A stretch of DNA of 61,575 nt, the filler included, from Choristocarpus tenellus KU-1152 (taxonomy: Eukaryota; Protista; Phaeophyceae): the NCBI GenBank assembly GCA_964200185.2. It is 7 parts of 7 records of this genome, joined end to end, with 100 filler letters (N's around TTAATTAATTAA, not from the genome) between each part and the next. Parts side by side here need not be neighbours in the genome. Positions count along the whole stretch, not along the records: positions 46,262 to 58,124 come from CAXNAD020002096.1; positions 58,225 to 61,575 come from CAXNAD020020621.1; 5 more parts are not named here. The stretch is one strand, 5' to 3'. Both the position numbers and the translations under genes were made by a program. A model generated the notes under the pieces. The model worked only from the letters and a program-made list of their open reading frames with translations, made no database searches and was not told the DNA's origin. Position 1 is the first letter of the stretch, and each line of letters begins with the position of its first letter. Below are positions 53,501 through 61,575 of the stretch, in pieces.

Positions 53501-53539
53501 ACTAGGCCCACCCCCCACGATGGCGACTCTGCTTCCCAT
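47529..53539 (-). CDS. Flavin-containing monooxygenase (class B FMO), 8 exons, 585 aa (558 aa if the 81-nt insert is spliced out)
   Basis: Exons 53539-53471, 53297-53129, 53010-52849, 52515-52297, 51916-51444, 49927-49829, 48962-48757, 47889-47529; all GT-AG and phase-compatible; 1758 nt. Motifs VAIVGGGPSG, FEK...LGGLW, LRTNLSKYTCCFSDF, fingerprint variant GEGVAVHCADY, VLVVGCAFSGSDIA, IFCTGF, FVGMYRGPYFGTIELQAR, RPQFPTDY. Confidence 0.92.
49331..49369. repeat. 13-bp tandem repeat x3 (GTAAGGGATAGAA)
   Basis: Read directly; lies in FMO intron 6. Confidence 0.85.
51523..51641. repeat. Interstitial telomeric array (TTAGGG)7 flanked by a 38-bp direct duplication
   Basis: Copies at 51523-51560 and 51604-51641 (one mismatch, 51545 vs 51626); array at 51559-51603. 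Confidence 0.95.
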
Positions 53540-53702
53540 TTTCCAATAGCAGAGTGTTGAAGAGGGAGTATGAGGTAGACTATGTGTCTGTGGTGCTACA
53601 GGGCTAGGTACAGTACAACAACAAAACAAAGTTTACCAAAAAAGTAGAGAACAGGTCTAGTGAAGTATAGTGAAGTCTGGTGAAGTCCAGTGGAGTCAGT
53701 CC
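53540..53702. promoter_or_regulatory. Putative bidirectional promoter between FMO and the DUF6314-like gene
   Basis: 163 bp between divergent ATGs (334 bp if the second ATG is used); contains four 10-bp units at 53656-53695. Confidence 0.5.
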
Positions 53703-55382
53703 ATGTTTCCTCATCAAAGGTTGACAACGATAGCCTTCTATTCCTCCTTCTCTCCTGCCCCGAGTTACTCTTTCCGAACAGTCGGCCACGTTTCCTACAG
53801 TCCAGTTTCTGGAGGAAGTGTACAAAGGTCAAACCTTGCTCACTGTTGTCCATTACGACGTGGATTTGCTGCAATGTCCAGCTTGAATGGAAGACCTCCT
53901 GAGCTTGCGACGCCTTTCGATGTGTATCGGTTCCTTTACGGTTGTTGGGAACTGTCGAAAGATATTAACTACGTTGTAGGTGGGGCGGCGGGGACATGGA
54001 CAGGCACAGCTACGTTCACCCCGCCAGTCTGCAGAATTGGAGAAGATCACCCATCTGATGACAAGCCCAATTTTGACACAAACGGCCACCTCCGCTACGA
54101 GGAAAAGGGAGTTTTTGTGCTTGATGGAAGGGATTCGGGATTCGAGGCGGGTCAACGTCTGCTATACGATTGCAGCGTCCACCCTGTAAGCGTGCACTTC
54201 GTGGATGATCCCTCAAAACCGGATGTCCTTCGCTTCTTCCACCACCTCGATTTTCAACTTCTGGGTGAAGACTTAAAAGAGGAGGTAGAGGGGGAAATGG
54301 GTGGGAAACCTATAACTTTGGACACAAACTTTCCTACGGAGGGGAGGCCGACAGCAAAATTTGAGCACCTCTGTGTTCGTGACATGTACCGCGGGGAGGT
54401 GGAGGTGGTCGGACCACACGAGTTCAGAACGAGGTGAGGCAAATAATGTATCTCTCCCCACATTGAACCAGTGAAATGGATTTATTGGGTGAGCATTGAC
54501 CTTGGTGGGAGCGAAAATTTAGGTCCGGTTTTGGTGTGCGTTTCTCGAGAGAGCGTGTTTTTCGTATTTTTGTCACACTTGGCTACGCCTATTGTGCACG
54601 AAGCAATCTCATTTCTCACTTTCTAGCTCTTGATTAAAACTCTTCAGTTTCATAGCCCCAGAATGAGGATCCTTGTGGAAGGGTGTGGACAGTACTCTAG
54701 ATTTGAAAGGCTGTCCCTTGTGCCTCACAATCAATCGATCAACTCCTGTTCAAGTATGCTGGAGTATCTACCTCACACATTCAGTGCCTGCGCCATTTCA
54801 TTATTTTGTTCCCAACAATGGTATTGCCACCTCAGTTTGTTCTTTTGTATATATGGAGGCATGTAGTCGCAATCGAATCTCTGAGATGAATCACGACTTG
54901 AAATGTTTTGAAGTGCGCTCTTTGGCATATACTTCAATCGTTACCATAACCCAAATATACCCTAGATTTTGAAATTTGAAGTAATAATATCATCTCATCA
55001 CCTAGTCCCTCTAGAGAAAAACGTGGACTCCTCTATCTCCAATACAGGTGATCAGAATATCCTCAAGCCCTTTTTCTAGAAAGAGTAGATTGATGAGATC
55101 CTGCTTCAACTCCCAGTGAAATAGTACATGCACTCCAGCCATTCCATACAGCTTGATAATTTTTCATTACTACGGAGTGTTTGCTTCTTTGTGGTCAAGT
55201 ACAGTGGACATAGTGTGATGAATTGCATGCCTGTACTATCATCTTGATGTAACTTTGGTTTAATAATCAAATTTTCCTACTTTGATACCTGCAAACAATG
55301 CTACAGATGGTGTGTGACAGGACCAAACAAGGATGGAAGGATAGATGCCACATACCGACGAAGACTCGCCAAGAAAGATTGA
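53703..55382 (+). CDS. DUF6314-like protein, 2 exons, 268 aa (211 aa from ATG 53874)
   Basis: Exons 53703-54433 and 55307-55382 (phase-2 GT-AG intron). Motifs LYGCWELSKDI, GTATF, LRYEEKG, RFFHHLDF, HLCVRDMYRG, WCVTGPNKDGRIDATYRR match my recollection of DUF6314 (HxCxxDxY...WxVxGPxKD...TxYxR). Confidence 0.8.
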
Positions 55383-58240
55383 TTGATAGCAACATCGCGG
55401 GACTCAGGGTATGAGGGTGATGCAAGCACCTAGCACACCTATCAAGTCAATGTTTTAATCAGCACAATACCCTCTCATCCCAGTGGGAATAGACAAGCTG
55501 CTCAGGCCAAGATTACTGTTTTTTTCAAATTAGTGTGCCCATGTACTTAATAAACAACCCCACATAGAATTCTATTTTTTTTTAGCCGCTTTGGTGGATC
55601 TTGCCTTGAATTGGATATGGTGTGCTTTTAGGACATGGAAGACTTAGTATTTGTGAGTCGTTTTCCTTTGGCAACAAACGAACTCCTATCAGGGCAAAAG
55701 CTAGCTGAGGAGTTTAGCCAGTCAACCCAGCCACACCAACAACAGTCCTCAAACTGGGTAGGATTGCTGTGAAGTATGCAAGAGGTATTGCTCTCCTGCA
55801 TGAATACACTATGCCATAGTACTATATTTTGTACTAATGCAGTATCCCTAAAACAACTTCAAAACTTAGCATATCAAGTATCTTTTAAATGGTGTCCTTC
55901 ATAGTATACTTTGACCTGCACTAATTAAGAAGTTGGCTTGAAGAAATATGTCAAAGCTGCTGATGAAACATTGACATCTGTCTCAGGGAAATTGGCTTTG
56001 TTCCACCGTTTAAGCACTGTGTGACAATATTGGATTGAAATGTCTGGAGTTAGGATTATGTTGGTTTCTTCTGTCATCACAATGAGCAACCTCCACTGCG
56101 TCGACAAAGTTATTCATACAGTTGTCACACAATGTTTTTCCAAGTATGCACAAAATATGCTTGAACTCTGATTGTGCATGTCCCCACCATGATGCTCTGG
56201 ATTAGAAAATTGTGGATTCAAGGGTTGACGCTGCCTTCATCTGGACCCAGACCCTTCTCTCCCCACTGCCTTCTGTGATACCCCTTCAGAAGCACCTAGC
56301 TTCCTGAGGGCTAGTAAAGACATGAATACATCCTGAGGGAGGACCCTTATGCTTTGCCTAGTGGCTCCAAAATACACTGGTCAAGAAGCAGTTGCTCACA
56401 ATGTCCAGGATATGTACAGCATGACATGTGAAAGTAGAAGTTTTGCGTAGGACAAACTTGTTGTCTACATCTTATAGTGTAATCAACAAATGAATAAATG
56501 TTTATGAGAGGTACAAAGCAGACTCTTGTTGTCATTGAGTTGGTACATGATTTGGTGATGATGCCATCACATAGATCGGAGTGTAGGAAAGGTTCCAGGG
56601 TGAACCCATCCTAATGGCTCAATATTCTGTCAACAGAAGCTTGAAGTGTGCAGCAGGTGAATCGCCCCACCGATCAACATTAGAATCTGTGTCATCTCCA
56701 CTACTGGGTATGGTAGAAAAAGTCTACAATCCGATCAGGATGCATAACAACGAGAGCATGTTCATCGAAACTGAGGGCATGCCGACTTTTGTCTAGGACA
56801 CAATATCGGGATCGGTTGGAGCGGGTAACACACATAATTAACATGAAGTGCTTCTCCTGTTGCACCAAAGACAGAGATGAAGTCAAGAAGGAGCCAGAGG
56901 AACGAGATTATGAGGACGAGAGAGCAAAAGTTAGATTTTGGAGGTGTTTGTAGCATATGATCATTTTCTCCTGTTTGAAACAATGTAGGCAATTTGTTAG
57001 GCTCATTGACATGTTGGAGGGACTAACTTGAAGTAAAAACAGGATAAATAATGGAGAGAAGGCAAAGAAAATCATCACAATAACATAATAGAGACTCAAG
57101 AAGACAAAATATCATGTTAAAGAAAACATGAGAAGAACGATTACTCTCTCAGGTATGCCAAATACAGAGGTATAATGTGTAAAACTGTGGAAAAGAAAGA
57201 ACGAGAGCCAACACTCCTAAACTGAATATATCAAGTGAGGTGAGAGTTAAGGGAACAACCGAATTAGTCTGTCAAGCCTCTCCTACGCCATCCACCTGAA
57301 CTCTATCATTTAAAACGCAAAACTCTTCTGGAGATGGTCAGTGGAGCAGTGCTAAAATAATCGGTCTTAAACGCGATTCTACACCTCCGATTGTGTTGAA
57401 ACTCTCCACCCTATATTATATACTTCGAAGTAGTATTCTTTACATTTTTGTTAAGCAGGTGATGGCTTTTGATACAATGACTCTTTAAATAGTTGTGTTG
57501 ATAAACATGTAGACATTTGATCATACTACAAAGTATATGTGACTATCGCTACATACGAAGCGGCAGATATATTTTACCTATCGTGACACCCCCTACCCAC
57601 AACTTAGGAGAGTCTTTTCTGTATGTAGTGCAAACAGTAATACCAAAATTTCAACCAACCCTGAAAAACACTTCTACCATAAACTTGCCTCTTTTATGAA
57701 GTTCATCTTCTAACTCCAAAATAATCCTAACCCTAAAAAAAACACGATAAGAAGTCACCTCTTCCCAAAATATACCTCCATTTTGAATCCGTCTCTTCTT
57801 TTTTTCTTTCAAAATAGATTCGATTCTACGATACCTAGGTATGTATAGTCATTTCAACATACAATTTAAGTGCATAGATTGCACAACCTACAGAGTTGCA
57901 GCCTTGCATCCCTAGATGACCTGATGTTGTAAGTTCATGCAATGACACTTGAAGTGATTCTCCATCGGTAGCTACCACTGCATTAATTTTCTGGGTCAGT
58001 TGCTCGCATGAACAGTGGATTTTAAAAAGTGAGGATGGAGCGTACTATTTTGACCGAAAATGGTGCAGAAAAAGTACCCATATGTTTTTTTTTGTAAATG
58101 TTGCGGCAATTTTTATGGACCCCTNNNNNNNNNNNNNNNNNNNNNNNNNNNNNNNNNNNNNNNNNNNNTTAATTAATTAANNNNNNNNNNNNNNNNNNNN
58201 NNNNNNNNNNNNNNNNNNNNNNNNCTCACACCCCCCTCAG

Positions 58241-60423
58241 GAACATCTCCTGTCGGGGGGGGAAGAGTGCAACCATAGCAAAGGTGACCCGACGGCGAAC
58301 AATAACACTAGCTCCAGTGGTCAAGAGTCATTGTCGCAAGGATTCAAGACAGGTTCGCGAAAGTCGGTTGTTGCGACCCTCTTTGCCCTGGCTGGGGGGC
58401 AGACAGAATCTTTGATCGCGGAATGGAAGCTTACTAGGGCTGCCGTTCATCTGGAGGATGCATGGAAAGGGAGGATTATGCTATGTCCTTCACTGGAAGA
58501 CAAGAATGCTCTTGTGCTGTTCAAGTGTCGCTGGCGCTTGCGGAGGCTAGAGCACTTTCTTGTTCATTTGTTGTTGGTTTTGACACTGGTGGAAATTCCT
58601 CTGTGGTGCAACAGTACTGGAAAGTGCTTTTGGTCGTGCTTCCTTGACTTCAATAACAATTACTATCTACCGCAATACGTCATAGACATTCTGCAGGGGA
58701 GTACCTTGGTGTTTCTAGTTGCGGTGGCGGCACTGGATAAGGTGAGAAGGGGTGTCAAAAATGTACCTCATTGGGGAGGGAGAGGGTTCTTGAGAGTGTT
58801 TCCCCATGTTACCTGGTTCTTGGAGAGAGGATTCCAGGAGATTGTTCATTTCCCTTCTATTGCTGTACATAGATACCTCAGATTTGTTGCTGTGATCTAT
58901 CCCAACACCTTCACCGTATGGTATATAGACCACAGTTTGGCTAGGCTATGTTTGTCATGGAACAGAGTAGCAAGTTGTGTTCAATGTTGTGTGATGTGAT
59001 GTCATTCTTGAGTCGATGTTAACTTCAGATCACATTACCTTTTACGAGCAGGGACGCAAGGAACCATGCCATTCTTGAGTTATTGTTAACTGCAAATCAC
59101 ACCACTACCTTTTATAAGCAGGAACACAAGGAATACCACGCTGTATTTTTTGTATAATACAAAGGGTCTGTGCAAAGTGCATTTCGCTCCCAACCATGCA
59201 TCATTTTATGGTACGTCGAGATGACCCTGCCATTTCTGTATTACATGGTACATAAATCTAGGGGCATAGCACAGCCGACTTTGCATTGCGTTGTGTGTAA
59301 CATTTGTCAAAGTTGTAGTGGAACAGTCTCCTCCCACTAGTAATGGCAAGGTGTAGAGCCCCATCATACGTACCTCGTTGACAGTATACTGTTTGAGTCA
59401 ATGTTGCTCTCGCCATGCCACAAACACACCCCCATGCCAGACCTATTCTAACTAATCTCAACCCCTTTTGTGTTCCCTGTGTGCTGGCTCGCTGCAACCC
59501 CCCTTGGGCAAACTCCGCATTGAAAAAAAAACTCCAAAATGTACTCTCAACAACAGTCCCTCTTTGGGCAAGCCTATTCTAAGATGGGCAAGAGTCGTGA
59601 GCTGTACACCATGTGGCTCAAGCACACGGTGCTGGTGCTTTACATCTTCGACATCTTAATGGCCTTCTTCTTCAAACCAAGTTTCCGCTTGCAGGGCTAC
59701 CTGCGACTCCTTTTGTATATAGCGGCACACAGGAGGACATTGTTGGTGGTAGTGCAGCTCAGGTTGAGTGCTTAGCGCTGTTTGGATGGTGAAGTAGAGC
59801 AGTTGGATGCTTTTTCCGAAGGAAGTTCAGTGGAATGGTTGGGGGGTATGTATGTATGTATGTAAGTATGTATGTATGTAGGGGGGCGGGCTACTCTTTT
59901 TTCTTTTTTTTTTTAATGTGATGGTGGCTGAGGTGTGTGAGTGTCTCTTGGATGATGATGATTTTCGGATCGTTTTTTTGTGAACAAGGAGCTATATAGT
60001 GCTTCATGCTGTCGTTTTTTTTAAAAAATAATTAAGGGAACAATTTCGGGGTGTTCCGTTTCGTTTTGTGATTTTTTTTTATTTTTTATTTTTTCCCTGC
60101 TACTACAACCATGTGTTCCCTCACCTAAAAGTTTTTTTTTTTGGCATTTTGTGTGTGATTAGGACGTAATAAACGTGTAAGGAGTGTGACTCGAGTCGGT
60201 CGGTTCCTTTTTTTATTTTTTTGTTCTACCGGCTGAACAGGCACATCCTTGCAGCGGTGTTGGACATATGGGTTCTGATTCTAATCATCATTGCAACTTT
60301 CACATGGGTGGGGATGATCTTGTTTGGCGGATCGACCGAGGGCACCTTGTACTTTCCTGACATGTTTGAAGGAAGCTGGAACCTGTTGGTCCTCTTCACC
60401 AAGACGAACTATCCGGATATCAT
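58241..60423 (+). CDS. Two-pore channel (TPC family), partial: domain I S1 to pore 1
   Basis: Exons <=58241-58741, 59584-59762, 60241-60423, phase-compatible GT-AG. Motifs AAVHLEDA, LTLVEIPLWC, S4-like FRLQGYLRLL, S5 helix, EGTLYF, LLVLFTKTNYPDI. The start is lost in the gap and later exons were not found in the window. Confidence 0.8.
59004..59140. repeat. Tandem duplication, two ~67-70 bp copies in a TPC intron
   Basis: ATTCTTGAGT...TGTTAACT.CA.ATCAC...TACCTTTT....AGCAGG.AC.CAAGGAA occurs twice. Confidence 0.75.
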
Positions 60424-61025
60424 GTGAGGTTACAAATCGGCGTGGTTCGGGGTTTGGTGGAGGCAGTAAAATGTACACGATTCTGATTGGGCTACGCATG
60501 TACTCTTGAGATCTTTTTTTTTTTTAATTTTTGGATAATTCTGAAGTGCCGTAACACTTGTCATTGTTGTTGTTACTAGTATTATGATTATTATTATTGT
60601 TGTTGTTATTATTATTGTTGTTGTTGTTGCCAATAAGTTTTGCTTGCTTGTGTTTGTGTTTGTACATCATGTAAAGGCGAAGGCTGACTTGTTCTTAGGG
60701 GGCAGGCAGGCAGGCAGGCAGGCAGGCCTTCCTTAACTGCGTGATACTGGACAGAGGAGATGGTTAATTTCGGATTGATTTGCTGAAAGGCGTGGGAGAA
60801 CAATGAGCATAGACGAGAAGTGGGTTTAGGGTTTGTTCTTGGAGATAGCAGGGATACATGAAAATGTACACAGCATGGACATCCGAGACTTTGCTATCAG
60901 TTTCAGTTGTCCCAATACATGGGTTTGCATCAACTGTTACAGAACTTGTTTCCTTGCCTACGGTAGTTCATACCACAACCTTTATTTTATGACTGAACAT
61001 TGCCCCTGACCTCCCTCTCCCCCCC

Positions 61026-61067
<42 letters not shown>

Positions 61068-61153
61068 NNNNNNNNNNTGTTTGTTTGTTTTGTTCTGATC
61101 GTTTTTGTTTTCGGGCCGTGTTTCTCTCCCCCCCTTTTTTTTTTTTCTCCGTC

Positions 61154-61204
<51 letters not shown>

Positions 61205-61575
61205 AGAAAGTCTTTTATTTTTAGACTCCTGCCTTACTTCTTGGTTGTAGTGTTGAGGCGACCGTCCCTTCCATTGGCCATCCACAATCCTCCCTCTTCT
61301 CAAATGCTTTTCTTTTTCTTGTTGTTTCTTGGTAAAATGTCAAAGCTCTTCTGTTGTTTTGTGGGCACTGCACCCATTCTGACCTCACCCTCAGATTATA
61401 TTTGTAGCATTCTTGCTCTTCTCCTGAGGGATTGTTCTTACTGACAGTCCAGATTTAGTCACTTCCTACTTGAGTGACTGACTGGCAGGCTGTCTTGCTA
61501 ACTCGCTTGATGCAACCCGGGGGGGGGGCGGGGGCGGGGCTGACTGCGTGGGAATGCCCCGGGACTGTTCCCTTT

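Noticed and set aside
2678-53539. Desaturase + LTA4H + FMO as an oxylipin gene cluster
   Set aside because: The three genes sit on different contigs joined by artificial spacers and are separated by kilobases of transposon debris, so linkage is not demonstrated.
60968-61444. Poly-Gly / poly-Pro ORFs
   Set aside because: They derive from poly-C runs beside an N gap in intron-like, low-quality sequence; no TPC continuation was recognisable.

Overview
Eukaryotic, intron-rich genomic DNA, most likely from a photosynthetic stramenopile (inferred from a signal peptide plus ASAF-type plastid transit peptide). It is seven contigs joined by an artificial 100-nt spacer (N44-TTAATTAATTAA-N44), so adjacency across spacers is not reliable. 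Five spliced genes were reconstructed by hand with GT-AG junctions: a plastid-type Delta12/omega fatty-acid desaturase (-), an LTA4H-like M1 aminopeptidase (+, 13 exons), a flavin-containing monooxygenase (-, 8 exons) head-to-head with a DUF6314-like gene (+), and part of a two-pore channel (+). Intergenic and intronic DNA holds decayed transposons (copia, LINE, hAT, Penelope-like, possibly KDZ/CxC), a foldback MITE and many short tandem duplications. Best leads: (1) an 81-nt (TTAGGG)7 insertion with a 38-bp flanking duplication inside an FMO exon, which supplies a donor, branch point and acceptor and may be a telomerase-generated new intron; (2) the divergent FMO/DUF6314 pair, which mirrors a domain fusion I recall from fungi; (3) a Lys in the TPC pore-1 filter. 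All family calls come from motif recognition, not database searches.
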